A DNA stretch of 62,364 nucleotides, counting the filler, from Globobulimina sp. (Eukaryota): assembly GCA_003354225.1 (NCBI GenBank). It is 26 parts of 26 records of this genome, joined end to end, with 100 filler letters (N's around TTAATTAATTAA, not from the genome) between each part and the next. Parts side by side here need not be neighbours in the genome. Positions count along the whole stretch, not along the records: positions 48,057 to 50,358 come from PIVH01007532.1; positions 50,459 to 52,760 come from PIVH01007533.1; positions 52,861 to 55,161 come from PIVH01007534.1; positions 55,262 to 57,562 come from PIVH01007535.1; positions 57,663 to 59,963 come from PIVH01007536.1; positions 60,064 to 62,364 come from PIVH01007537.1; 20 more parts are not named here. One strand, 5' to 3'. The position numbers were made by a program, and so were the translations under genes. Shown one piece after another: positions 48,568-62,274 of the stretch. The number at the start of each line of letters is the position of its first letter. The first letter of the stretch is position 1. Under the pieces are notes generated by a model. That model did no database searches and was not told where the DNA came from. It worked only from the letters and a program-made list of their open reading frames with translations.

Positions 48568-49161
48568 TTAAACCGTTTGAATCAGAGAAGAGATTCCATC
48601 ATTTTTATCAGTTTTGTCTTTATGTTTTGTTGGTACATTGGATTGTTTTATTTTTTTGTTTCTGTCTCGTTTGTAATCCATGGCCAATACATCATTGCTT
48701 TGTGTTGACATTATCTCACTCATTTTCTGCTTATTTTGTGGTTCATATCGTTCACCAAACAATGTCAACGTGCCATTTTTCCATTTTATATGATATGTAA
48801 TTCCACACAATGCAATGATGCCAATTGTACGTAAAAAAAATATGATTCCTATTGGTAATTTGAGCTCGTTTTTTAGTGTTGCCATTGCTGGCTCACCTGT
48901 TTCAAGGTATGTTCCAATGCCTTGGTCATCATATTCCCATTCATTTTCATCTTCATACTCTTCCTCTTCCTCTTCCTCTTCCTCTGCTGATCCATCATCT
49001 TTATTCTCCATATTCTTTCTGGAACTTTCTGTGTCGTGGTCGGTTGAAAATAAATAAGAATGCTGCATAGGTATCATATTTGAGCAATGTTTTAAACCGT
49101 TACAATACTTCATTGGTACACTGTGAATGGAAATTATTCTAAAAGCTCTTGTGAGTTTCAT
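48568..49161 (-). CDS. Putative mitochondrial single-TM protein
   Basis: Presequence-like MKLTRAFRIIS...LFST, a poly-Glu tract and one hydrophobic segment. Confidence 0.55.
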   Translation of the reverse strand: MKLTRAFRIISIHSVPMKYCNGLKHCSNMIPMQHSYLFSTDHDTESSRKNMENKDDGSAEEEEEEEEEYEDENEWEYDDQGIGTYLETGEPAMATLKNELKLPIGIIFFLRTIGIIALCGITYHIKWKNGTLTLFGERYEPQNKQKMSEIMSTQSNDVLAMDYKRDRNKKIKQSNVPTKHKDKTDKNDGISSLIQTV

Positions 49162-49241
49162 GTACTATAAAAGCTCACTTCTAAAAACGTTTCGTCTTGT
49201 TTTGAATCTCAAAATTTATGAGCAAATGAGAAATTTATGCA

Positions 49242-50358
49242 TCAATTAATGCGAAATTTATCAACAAATCGCGGTGTTCTACATTGCTCACATATTTCTG
49301 CTATATTTGGTATTCGTTTATTATGCACTTGAAACGGAATCATTTTTGCCATTTTAACTCTTAAATTTAATGATCGATGATTACAACGATTACAAATCCA
49401 AATAGTACCAACTGGATACAATGCAAATAATTTATTATCCATTTTGTGTGAATGCCAATTAAATTGATACAGTGATTGGTCTTTATCTGCAATAATATCA
49501 TGCCACAAATAATGATTTAATAACCTTTGTCTTCCAATAAATACTTGCAAACAAATTGTGCAAATACACTCATATTTGACACATTCTTCTAACCAATGAA
49601 CGGCCAAATTATTCCTTCTAATATTCATATCACATAAAGTACATTTAATTATTGCTTCTAAACATTGAGTTTCAATATGATCGAAAATATCCATTTTAGC
49701 CACATCAATGCCACAATATTTACACTCAACGCTCTTATCCATATTCTCCATATTTTCCAACGGCTTTCTATTGTCCTCACTCATGACATCCATATTATTT
49801 TTATATTTTACACAAATATTTACAGAGTGTTTCCGATATTTCCATAACGTTTCTGTAGTAATAAAGTGTTTTTCTGTCTGTTTAATAATAATTGTGTCTC
49901 CTTTATCATTTGCAGACAGCTTATAAGTGCCATATTGCATCGGTATTTTATTGACAATATTATTATTATTATGTTTTTTTGTATATTGACCATGCATTGC
50001 TTCATAATAAGCGTCATCATTCAATATATCTTTCAATATAAAATATAAATTCTTATATTTAAAATTCTTTTGTTTTTTATGCACTTTGGTTACAAATAAT
50101 ATTTTAAGCGGAGAAGCAAATTGATATAAATCATATCCATTTGTATTTTTAATACACTTCGTCGATATTTCTAATGCCGGATTATGAATATTTAATGTTT
50201 TTAATTTCACACATTTGATGGAAAAATATTTCCAATCATATTGAATATATGGTATATTGCATGTAATTAAACTCAAGTTTGTCAATGTTGCGCCAAATCG
50301 TTCGGCAATAACTTTTAATAAATGTCCAGTCACATTTATCACTTTAAAACATAATATA
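49242..50358 (-). CDS. LRR plus TRAF-type zinc-finger protein, 5' truncated
   Basis: LTNLSLITC and LKTLNI repeats. CKYC..HIETQC..IKCTLC..HWLEEC fingers. Terminal WICNRC...CEQCRTPR. Confidence 0.7.
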
Positions 50359-50773
50359 NNNNNNNNNNNNNNNNNNNNNNNNNNNNNNNNNNNNNNNNNN
50401 NNTTAATTAATTAANNNNNNNNNNNNNNNNNNNNNNNNNNNNNNNNNNNNNNNNNNNNCAAATAAAATAAAATAAACTCATACTATCCTATCCTATACTA
50501 ATACTATCCTAATACTAAAATAAATATTTTGGCAGAAAAAATTGTCAAAATTACTACTATATTTTTAATTGCTGTGTTTTGTTGTTCGCATTTTCGCATC
50601 TAAATAATGAGTATTTTGTTGCCGTATATATATTCGATCCTTGCACACAATTTCGTTTCTCTTCGTAGGAACATTAAATTCGTTTCTGTTTTCTCGAAGT
50701 GAGCTACTAGTCATCATTTTCGTCGTATTTTTCAGTGTCTTGAAATAGCTAACTTGGGAAAAATAGCTACTAC

Positions 50774-52760
50774 ATGTCGTCTGCGCCAACAACGCCAAAA
50801 TATCTCAACGAAGAGAATTTATTCAACAGTACCTCCGCACTGCATAAACTAGCAGAATCACCCACAGCTTCGGCCACATCTCTCTCTGATCTCAACATAG
50901 ATATCGATACTAATGACACCATTCATCACACACACTCTAAATCGTCACTGCCATCCGCACAGAGAAGAAAACCTAGAAAACGCAAACACAAAAAAACCAC
51001 CTCATTGTCATTGACAGCTGCAGAGACACAGCAAGATACCAATATTATTATAGAACACATCGACTTGCAACAAAACCATGCCATCGACGAGAAAATGTCT
51101 GACAAAGCAATCGCAACCAAAAAGAGCAAAATAAAGCCACCTAAACTCAAAACCGTAGCTTTTTCTGTCGATGATAACGATGCCGATAAAGTTGCAAAGT
51201 TACCAATTTTGAGGAGTAACAGTCACCATATTAAGCGAAAAAAAATTCGATTCAAAAAAAGGAAGTCTATGCCTCACGGACATGAAATGAGGAAAGATAT
51301 ACACAAAAATCTAGCGCATGTCGACCAATATTTGTTGCCTGCTCCAAAGAAGCAGCAATATTACAAATGGTTTGTATTCACTGTCTCTGCGATTTTGCGG
51401 CTATGCAACGCCTCCATACATAGGGCGGTCTTGGACCCATCCGATCTGTCCACAAAAGTGAAGAATTCGGGCACTATCTTGGATTTGATGCAGTCTCTGA
51501 ACACAAATATAGTGGAAGCCACCGCTAATTTGTGCTTGGTGCAGACCAGCCAATTATTGATATGCTTATCCAATGTCTCATCCTCTGCCCCTATCATTTT
51601 ACGCAGGAATTGCACGCAAAGCAACCAAACCATAAAGGAATACTTTCAAATCGTATGTAAGTATATATTTATATCGTTATATGCCATGTTGTAACTTATT
51701 GTGTGTCGATAATGGCAGCCTATTCCAATCAGATCGTATGGATCCAATTTGGATGAGTCCTCGTTGCGACATCTTCTGTCTTCAGCGCGCGAGCAGCGAT
51801 TATTGAAAGCGCATAAATCGCGCTGCAAACCGCAAGGCATCACTCGTAAAATGAAAATGAACGCACGCTGGGAATTAGACACCACGCATAAGGACACCAT
51901 CAAACGTCTGAAACGGTTGCACGATGCCAAGGATCCCATCGATTGGGCCATCTTTGACTTTGTGGCTGCAAATCACAAAAAAAACGCAAAATATTTAGTT
52001 ATCAATGATCATCAATATGGTACTGGAGGATCGGAGGCGTTGTCAAGAAATCTAGCACAGATTGATAGAGTTATTATATATTTCAGTTTCAAACTGAACA
52101 AAAAAAATTGAAAGGCAGTTATATTTCAGTTTGAAACTGGGAAAAAAAAATATTTTGTATACATTTTATCCTTGCACTTTGAATGAAAATATTTTTTAAA
52201 ATGACAGATGAGATATGCGGTGTTGGCGATTGTTTATGGACATATTGTGAAGCACAGATTGGTTTTATTGATAATATGGAACCCAATGAGTCACAATGCA
52301 ATGATGAAAAATTACCAAAGTAAGCATAATTTGTTAGGAAACGGCATAAAACAAACAAATAATCATTCAAAAAAGCAACGACATCATTCACATTCAAGCA
52401 CCATACTTTTCTGGCAGCATAAAGACAAAATAAAATCCTTTGCAAACGCCAAAAAGGAGATGAATATCAATCTACATTCCAAATTGGCTGAATCTATGAT
52501 TATATCCGCGTTGCATAGGGATGGCTTGATTGATGATATCATTATCCGTGTCATCAACAACACGCACCAACATCGAGAGGTTTGCCATGCATTTTTCCCT
52601 GAGCATGTTTTTTTTTTGAGTGAGATCACTCAAAAAGCGTTTCCACAAAATTTATTTACTTTTTTTTGATTATGTGCGTACGTAAAATAATTATATATAG
52701 GAAAACAAGGATGAAGTTCTCGTCGATACTAATCCCGTACGGCCCACTCCAGTGCCACGA
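50774..52760 (+). CDS. Multi-exon hypothetical protein
   Basis: Three consecutive + ORFs separated by short AT-rich intron-like gaps. No family recognised. Confidence 0.5.
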
Positions 52761-52860
52761 NNNNNNNNNNNNNNNNNNNNNNNNNNNNNNNNNNNNNNNN
52801 NNNNTTAATTAATTAANNNNNNNNNNNNNNNNNNNNNNNNNNNNNNNNNNNNNNNNNNNN

Positions 52861-53519
52861 ATAAGCAGAAGGAGCTATTCTCGTTCCAGAAGCAGGTAAC
52901 ATTTCTCTTGCAAACAGTTAAAAAAAACTCACAGATTACAACCAAACATAATATTTTTTACTTTTCCAGCCAAATATGTGCTGTTTTTGCAGTGTGCAGT
53001 GTTGCGTGCAGCGCAGTTTGCAGTGTTTTTATGCAGCCATAAACTGATAAATTGAATTGTAAAATACATGAAATACTAACCAGGAGTCGCGGACGTGGAT
53101 ACAATTCGCGGTCAAGATCGAGGTCACGAAGCGGACACTATCGAAGGAGATATTATTCGCGAAGCAGATCGAGATCGAATTCAAATGATAGATACAAAGA
53201 TAATGATGAACAGTCCAAGAATTATCGGAGGAGATCCTTCTCGCGATCCCGGTCGAGATCGCCGAGCCATTCCAAGAAACATAGTAAGAATAACCATGCA
53301 CATAACAGTAATAATAGTAATATGAATGCAAATGCAAATGCAATCCATGCACAAGCTCAGACACTCCCAACTACGACAACTACGACAACGACTGCAGTTA
53401 TTCAACATCAGCAACCTGTACCACCGCAACCAATGCAAATGCAAATGCAAATAAAGGTGGATGACAAAGTAAATCATGTCATGCCGCAAGTAAACGTACC
53501 TACAACAAGTACAATGTAA
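52861..53519 (+). CDS. RS-domain protein, C-terminal part; intron 52896-53083
   Basis: Repeated YSRSRSRSRS. The intron begins GTAACA and ends TACTAAC-CAG. Confidence 0.75.
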
Positions 53520-53942
53520 CTTCACTGTTAATTATTAATGTAATTTTGATTCACTCCTTAATTGTTCTTTCGTCATTCATTTTTCATTTGTTAGACTCTA
53601 GATCTCCAATTATCCACATTGGACATTTGCAACTTTTTCCACATACAAAAAAAAATTGATTCTTAAAGTTTTGAAGAAGAAGAAGAAGAATAAAAAGTCA
53701 CACATTTGTTATTTTCACTATTTTTTGCAGGACAATGTCAGCGGACTGCTTGTTTGAATTACAAGGAAACGATTCATATGTTGATTGCCTGTGGATTTCT
53801 GGAATATCCATTGGTCTTCTTTTTGGTCAGTTCCTTATTACAGCACCGTTGATCAAACCAATTGTTACTGTATTCATAGTTATGTCACATATGTGAAAGT
53901 AATTTGATATACCAAGTAAATAAAATATAAACTGTAAAGGAA

Positions 53943-55161
53943 ATGGTAAAAGAGAGAATGCCATCAAATGTTCAACAGCCTAATAACGAACAACATAGTC
54001 AACCATTACTTAATGCAGCTGATATTACTGACACTAAACAAGAAATGGAGCAACGGATTGCAATCTTTTGGAAAGATTATAAGCGACAGTTTAAAGTGTT
54101 TGGTTTTAATTTCAACGGATATATTATCTTAATAACCATGGCATGTTTTTTTGTTAACCTCGGGACGATTGGTTTAATTTATTCAGTCGACGATCCCCGA
54201 ACTGTTTGGAGAAACGAAGGGTGGAAGAAAAGCATTAATGGCTCAGTTATGCTGATTGTGATTATTGGAGGATCAAACGGTGTGATGTTAGGTGCTACGA
54301 AGAAGAGTATTAAAAATGTATTGCTATATTATAAATCAACAAAAGTTACAGATGCATTTCATTTAATTTATTGGATCTCTGCATTGAGTACACCTATATT
54401 TTTCTGCATTTACTATCCTTATATTGTTTGTTATTTATTGCTGTGTGCGTTTACATTGGCTGTATGTATTGGTATATTAGTTACCTGTGGTGGATGTTTT
54501 ACGTTCTGTTGTGCATATTTGATATTATATGCTATATTAAATTTGTTTGTTACATGTTTATTGGTTCCATTGAAATGCTGTGTGAGTGAGAAGAAACATC
54601 AGTTAGTTACAGATTTATTGGTGTTTTTGGTGTTGTATGTTGCTATGACATATGGGATGATGGTAGCTTTGCAAATTATTGTATTTGCAGTAACGGGAGG
54701 AATTGACAACGCTGATTTGTGTATTAATGACAATGTCGAATCATGGCTTTCTTTGTTATCTTTATATTGCGGTCCTATCTTTGCAGCAATTGGTTTTTTA
54801 TATAAATGTTGTACGTGTATTAGATCGCATTCTGGTTCAATGGAACTTAAAGATGAATATGTTAATAATGAGGAAGTGAATATGTTAAAATTTGTGGATA
54901 TGACTGAACCAGAGCCTGTTCACGGCAGATATCCAGGTTTGATATTTTTTTATAACACACTGCGCAAAGACTTTATAAATATATAATTCTTTTTTGATAG
55001 TGATAGCAGATCAGGTCCCGCAAAATGTTATGAACGTTGCTATTGAACAGCCGGCAACAAAATATTATGAAGAAAAAGGACAAGCACAGCCGCCAACAAA
55101 TAATTTAATGTTTTCCGTGGATAAATTGGATGGATTATCACAAGCAATTGGACAACAACAA
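53943..55161 (+). CDS. Cys-rich multi-pass membrane protein, 3' truncated
   Basis: 347-codon ORF with several hydrophobic segments and a probable intron near 54937-55009. Confidence 0.65.
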
Positions 55162-55261
55162 NNNNNNNNNNNNNNNNNNNNNNNNNNNNNNNNNNNNNNN
55201 NNNNNTTAATTAATTAANNNNNNNNNNNNNNNNNNNNNNNNNNNNNNNNNNNNNNNNNNNN

Positions 55262-56323
55262 GTTTATATCGAATCCGTCCATACAAATCCTACACGAACT
55301 CTGCTTATATTTATCCATTGAACATCCTCTACGAACTGGTAATTGGTTTACGATACATAAATCTCGCTCATTCTGATTACATCCATTAATATTATTATTG
55401 TCAAATTGTCCCATCAAATTATTATTATTTTGAGTGGATGAACGTGTTGGCATTAATACCGGTGTATTTAATGCATTTCTATAATCGACAAAACGGAAAC
55501 TATTATCGGCATTTCTCTCCATTGTCATCATTTCATTCATTTCATCAATATCTAATAGCTCTAAATTAGGTTCAATATCATCTGTTTCATCACTTTCATC
55601 ATTATTAATATAATTCGATCGTTGATAACTACAAAAATTATCAAATAAAAGAGCTTCATCCTTAGCTTCTTCAGCTTGATATTTCTGTTCAATTTCTTGT
55701 TTACTTTCTAATTCTTCAAAATCTGGTGAATTTGTACTAAATTCATGGGATGAATCACTATTCGATATATTTGCTGTTAAAAAATCATTCGATTCATTTT
55801 GTATTCCAATTTCCATTTGATTTTGTACTGTGCGTTTCCGTTTTTCTTCTTGCTGACGGATCAATTTTTTAATTATTTTCTGAGCACGTTTGATCTCATC
55901 ATATTGCTCTTTTGCTCGTGAAATTTCTCTTTTTGTTCTTTTTTTAAGTTTCTTTAATATTTTTGTTGCCCATTTTGTTTCGTGATCGGTAATAATTTGA
56001 TGATTGGTTATATTGTTATTTTCAATGACAATGTCAAATCGATCATTGATATAATAATCACAATTTTCAATATCAAATGGGATGCAAATGTGTTTGTTAT
56101 CGTCGCCAATATATATTGCATCGTCAATAATAATATCTACTTTTTTTGTATTTGATGTTGATTCACTTGATTGGTTGTATTGTTGTGATCGATTATCGGA
56201 GTAAATATCATTGCATACTCGATGATGTCGTGTATTTGATTGGTTTGCATCATGATTTGATGATGGAAATGGAATATCGAAGAATGATGTTTTCCTTTGG
56301 TGACGAGATCGGTCAGAATTCAT
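55262..56323 (-). CDS. Probable RING-H2 E3 ligase, RING truncated
   Basis: Disordered N-terminus, then IVNQLPV...SSCRICMDGF, the typical RING-H2 lead-in. Confidence 0.7.
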
Positions 56324-56419
56324 TTTATCAATGTTGCAGAGTCAGGATGGTGGAAATTAGAAACAAAATCTAAAAACAATAACTTTTTAAAATTTTTCTT
56401 CTTGACTCAAATTTAATCC

Positions 56420-57562
56420 ATGGCAGCTGTTGACAATACAGGACCAGGAGGCGAAGGAAATATTGATCCATCAATAAATTTTAGAGCATGGTTAAAATCA
56501 AAAGGCGCTAAACCAGAATTAATTGAGAAGATGTTGGCAAAAGATATGGATTCCATGTACGTACACCATGTAATTATTAAAATATATGTTTGACCATCAA
56601 TTTTAAACAGAGAAGTATTGAGAGAAATTGACGTTGACGACGCCGAAGAAATAAAAGAAATATCAAAAGAGCTTAATTTAAATTATTCTCAAAAATGTAA
56701 ATTTAAAGCAATTATCAGAAATATACCAAACTCAAAATTAAATGTATGCAAATCGCATAACTCACATATGTCAATCGCGCCAATTTAAAACATAACAGGT
56801 AATGGTTGATCCGGATGAAAGAAAAGCAATCTTAGAAATGAAAGAGAAATTGAAACAAATTGAATTATCCATAACCAATGTTGACGACGCCAAAAAAAGT
56901 TAATACAGTATATCAGTATATGCATATAACAAGTATTTATTTAAAAATATCGACATCACACTCAGATATTCAAAAGGAAGTAGAACAATGTACCAAATTA
57001 ATATCAACAATGTATGATAATATCGCACAAACTGCAATGGAACGGAAAGGAATATTAATAAATGAATTAAAAGATATTGCCAAGACAAACATTTATGAGT
57101 TAAATAAAAAATATAAATTAATGAAACAAAATGCTGTCTCGACAACATCAGTTCAGTAAATTATATAATTACAACTATTATCTTTATATTAAAATGTATT
57201 GATACCGTTCATAGCAAATTGAAAAGTGCTATGGGTCAATAAATAAGAAAATTGATTTGATACAAATGGAACAACGGAAACAGAATATATTGGCAATCGC
57301 AGAAACTGTAAATAAATTAGAAATTATCGATAAACATAATAAATTAATGACTGATTATCATATTGATTTTGTTTGTAATGCAAAAGAAGTTATTGACAGT
57401 ATTAATAACTCCGGTCATTTTGTATCAGTTCCAGTTCCAATTTTAGTTTCGTTGCAAAGTAAATCTGGTGGCATTGATATAAAATGGAAGTTACAGGATA
57501 ATGATAACAAAAAACGGAACAATGTGAATAAATTTAAAGTTGAATGGTATTGTATGGAAACT
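56420..57562 (+). CDS. Multi-exon SAM-like, coiled-coil and FN3-start protein, 3' truncated
   Basis: The first intron (56557-56610) rebuilds FRAWLKSK..DSIEVLREID. Coiled coil MYDNIAQTAMERKGILINEL. FN3-like start VPIL...IDIKW...FKVEW. Confidence 0.65.
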
Positions 57563-57662
57563 NNNNNNNNNNNNNNNNNNNNNNNNNNNNNNNNNNNNNN
57601 NNNNNNTTAATTAATTAANNNNNNNNNNNNNNNNNNNNNNNNNNNNNNNNNNNNNNNNNNNN

Positions 57663-59653
57663 TAAACAATTGAGATATAGATACGTCTAATCGCAGATTG
57701 TGAGGCAAAGTTACGGAGCGTACGACGAACACAACCCATAGTACGACGGCCCTTTTTCACAACTTCATTCGTGTGTAGTGAATAAGATAAAGAGGGCTCT
57801 AACAAAAGACCAAGATATTTGTAACTGGACACACGTTCAATATTAATACCATTTATCTGAGGAGGATTAGTCAAATGGATAGGCTGAGGTGAGATACTGA
57901 ACAACATGTATTTGGTTTTTTTAGTGTTTAAAGAGAGTGAAAGAGAAGAAAATGAATTGTAAATAAGTTCAGTGTCTCGCCTTATGCATTCCTCAGAATT
58001 AGGAGATACAAGTGGATGCACATAGCACAAATCGTCTGCATACATTATAAGACTGCTATCTGGTGACAATTCCAGTTTACACACTGCATTTACATAAGCA
58101 ATGAACAAGAGAGGTCCAAGAATACTTCCTTGGACCACACCGGACAGGACATCACGAGGAGTAGACAGGGAAGCACCAACCCGGACTACATGTGTGCGTG
58201 CAGACAAGTACGATTTAATAACACATAACAGATACTCAGGAACACCGTATACTGTCTCCAAAACTGTCAACAGCCGGGCGTGAATAACAGAGTCAAATGC
58301 CTTAGAGATATCGTAAAATAAGGCACATACTCCAGTACTCAAACGCGACTGTACACATTTCTGAAAACCATTTAGTACATATGTATCAAAACACATTAGT
58401 GCATCAACAGTCGATCTAGCATGACGAAACCCAAACTGCTGGTCACTCAATTTCTGATAAATATAGGTTTCCAGCAATTTTCTAATATGGCGTTCAGCTG
58501 GCTTTGAATCAATGTCCAGCAAACTAACAGGCCTGTAATCCAATGGGTCAGCAGAGTTGAGTACTTTGGGCACAGGTGAGATAATAGCTTGTTTCCAGAC
58601 AGAGGGGAAAATACCCTCAGCCAACATCCGGTTTATAAGGACAGCTAAGGATGGAGCAATGTCAACTGCCCCTTCTTTCATCATTTTTGCATATATTCCA
58701 TTTATGCCAGGTGATTTGTTTATGCTCATTTGACAAATATCCAATAGCACAAAATCTTCTGAACATATCCAGTCCGGCTCCAATTGACCTGGTGCCGTTG
58801 CTGGAGGTGGTAGACCAGGGGAACGATTCCAAGCTCGATCATAGCAATCAGCCAATAGTTCCGCCTTAGCCTGTGGTTCAGTACAGAGGCCATTTGGTGA
58901 AAGCAATGAAGGGAGAGGTGGACGCGGACCTTTTAGGAAATATCGAATGTTAGCATAAAGGTCCTGTAATGAATTGACTTGTGAAAACTTTTCCTCCATG
59001 TAATGTTTCCTAGCTTCCCAAATAGCTTTGGTGACTCTTTTTTTCAGATGTTTGTGACGGGTTTGAAATTTGAGTTCTTTGGTTTTGTGCCATTTCCTAT
59101 AGGCCGAGTTCCGACGTTTTATCAAATTTAATAGTGGCTTTGTCATCCATGATTTCTGCACACGAAATTGAACTGTTTTTCTAGGAATAGCCGAACTCGC
59201 GGCTTCAAGTATAGCCTTCTGCCACAGAGCAGCTGCTGACTCGACTGTGTCTGCTAACAACACCAAATCTGTCAATTTAGCACTCGATAGTAGGGAGCGA
59301 AATAGGTTCCAATTAGCCCTTGAAAAACACCAAATATTTTTTGATTTTGGGGTCGGTACTTCTATCTTGAATGGAATGTCAATCCAAAGTAAGCAATGGT
59401 AATTTTCAACTGGAGCTCCTAAGCCCCAGCTGACATCAGACATATCTTTGTGGACATAAATATGGTCGATTCCTGATTGTGAACGAGGGGTAATATGGGT
59501 AGGGACATTGACCAACTGACAGAAATCTTGATTCTCACTGAATTGCTTAATTAACGTGTTTTCCTGAGGCTTAAGCACATCAATATTAAAGTCCCCAAGA
59601 ACTACAACAGTTGCGGATGTTAATATGGGTGATGTTCTGAGATAGAACATCAC
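57663..59653 (-). mobile_element. Non-LTR retrotransposon (LINE, CR1/L2-like) ORF2: end of the APE endonuclease plus reverse transcriptase
   Basis: VVLGDFNID, PTH..SGIDH, KSPGINGI, WKQAIISPVPK, DYRPVSLL, QQFGFR..RST, DISKAFDSV.H, SGVVQGSILGPLLF, YADD, YKYLG. Intronless and GC-richer than its flank. Confidence 0.96.
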
Positions 59654-60063
59654 CCATATTTGTCAGAAAATCTTCTATAAACTTGACTTTGATAAATATT
59701 ACTGTGATAACATTGTGTATTGTATTTTTGTATTTTTGTATTTGTGTACTAATGTATTCATGTATTTGTGCCTTGTAGCTTATCTTATAAGTCTGTGCAC
59801 TTCATTAATAAATTGTTCTTGCCATATATATAGTATCATAACAAAAACATCATCATATGATCATGCTTGACGCGGCAGCGTCAACCCCTTTAATATTTCC
59901 AGGAGGGTTAATGCACAATTACAAAATTGTCTACCCTATAACTTTTTTTCTATTGTACCAATTNNNNNNNNNNNNNNNNNNNNNNNNNNNNNNNNNNNNN
60001 NNNNNNNTTAATTAATTAANNNNNNNNNNNNNNNNNNNNNNNNNNNNNNNNNNNNNNNNNNNN

Positions 60064-62274
60064 GACTCCTTTACTCCTTTATCTTTGCTCCTCCATTTTG
60101 CTATTTTATTCCTAAACGTTTCCGCTGATTTCGTAGTTACTTTCTGTTTCACAGATTCATTGATCGCCACAGTATCTGTCACTAACAATGTATCATTGCT
60201 TAAACTCGCCTTATCCGTCAATTGTGTGCTAGTTTGATTATAAAACGAAATATGATTTAATTTCAATTGTTGCGGCACATCATCTTTATATAAAGTTGGA
60301 TCAATTGCTTTTAATAAATCCATCAAAACACTTCTCCGAACTTCCCCAACTAAGACTGCCTCAGATATGGTGTGTACGATTGGAAACCACTCCTGATCAA
60401 AATCTTTGGTTAAAACACGAATTAAATCCTTTGGTTGCGGATCAATGGTAACAAAGGAAAATTCCTTATACATGACATCATCGGCTATCAATAACCTATA
60501 CATTGCTTCTGTTTTGTTCTCAAATAAAGCATTATTATTCAGTGTATTCACCAACATACGATTATTATTTTTCGATCTTCCCGTTTCTGGATCAAATATT
60601 TCTGGTTTATTATCAACACCAATTCTGCCAACGTCTATGCTGTAATCCACACCTGATTCTGTAACGGATTTATTTCTATCTTTTTTTTTGATGGACAATA
60701 TATCTGATAACGGTGAGCGAGTTTTTTTCGCCTTTATAAATACTCGCTTATAGGCAACAGTGGGTCGGATGGGTAGCATCGGGATACCGCGTAATTGCAA
60801 TACACTGTCATAAAATGAATGTGTCAGTGAGGTCGAGACACCACCACTAACAATGACAGCTAATAAGCATGGAATCGCTAAGGATAAATCTTGCGTAATC
60901 TCTAATGCAATGACCGCAGGGGATATGGTCTGAGTCACAGCGCCCGCCAATGCTGCAGCACCCACCACACTATAAAGCCGTGGGTCGCAGTAAGCAAACC
61001 AGCCTCGGAACAATTCTCCGAAAATTCTGCCAAATACTGAACCCAAAGTGAATACCGGTGAGAATATACCGCACGGAAAGGATAATGTTACCGTACAAAT
61101 AGTAAAGAAAAAGTTTAAAATATAAAATGAAACTAAATTGCCATACAATCCACTGTTTATAATCCAGTCATGATAATAACAATGACACCAATCATTTTGT
61201 TGACAAATAATAGCATCATCATTGACATCACATAGCGTCGGATTCGCAGCTAAGTATTCTGCGACACAATCACAGTCATAACATTGTACATTTTCATGCT
61301 CGAATACTTTGTCATCGCAATTACTTAAATATTCAATATTAAACATATCAGATACTGCTTTCCGCGCCGGTTCAATCGCAAAATCACCAATGAAAAACAA
61401 TATGGTGGTAAAGAAAATGACCACAAACGCAGCAATACCATACGGATTAGCCCCAAAAAATTGGGACTGATATTTCCTTCGCAGATCCACGTAAAAGTCA
61501 TGAAAATAAATGAAAAATGTTCCACAAAGCCCAGTAAGTAAACCCAGCAAAGCAAAGTAGCCAAACTCGCGGGGTAATGGTTTAACCGCATCACTGAATG
61601 AGGTTTGGTACAATAACAATGAGGTTGGCGATAAGGATTGGAATATGTGCGTCATTGTGCTGCCAACCATAGCACAACAGAACGCAGTCCAGTAATTTGT
61701 GACGGGATAATATGTGGATGTTACCTCAATGCTAAACAAAACGCCACCAATCGGTGCACCAAATACCGAGGCAAGTCCGCCTGCACATGCTGCCGATAAC
61801 ATTTGTTTACGATCCAAATGCGCAAACACTTTTAATTTGGTCAACTGCCGACCCATTATGGCGGACAAATGAATAAAGGGTCCTTCTAAGCCGATGGGGA
61901 CACCAGAGGATAAGCTCAGAGTCAATGCAACTGTTTTGATCAAGAATGTGGTTTTACTGAGATAATATCTGATCCATATGCCAGATAATATAGCTCTCAA
62001 TTCTGGAACACCACTACCGGCACAGCCAGGGGCAAAGCTCCTGGTTAGACAGATAGCGCCTAAAACCAATATTAATTTCAGTAGCAACAGTAACAAATAT
62101 GCAGGTACGCCGTACGCAATTTGAAAAGCAGAATATTCATAAATGAAGCTCTCCAATAACCATGCTTGACTCGCTGCTTTTGAGATGCAAAACGTCAACA
62201 TTCCATTAAATATTGCCAGTATTATCAATGCAAAGTAGGCTCTCTTCCATATTGTATTAAAGTCCTCCAATAAT
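60064..62274 (-). CDS. CLC-family chloride channel (ClC-1/2-like) with the start of the CBS region, partial
   Basis: GSGVPE, GLEGP, FGAPIGGVLFSIEVTS, PCGIFSP, SFYDS and a CBS-like FPIV...LVGEV.R. Confidence 0.95.

Noticed and set aside
706-57562. Alternative genetic code or stop readthrough to explain split ORFs
   Set aside because: Nearly every split is resolved by a short GT-AG intron restoring conserved motifs. TAA, TAG and TGA all act as stops.
59866-59884. Small hairpin TTGACGC-GGCA-GCGTCAA near the LINE
   Set aside because: A single short stem with no second copy in the window is not enough to assign a function.
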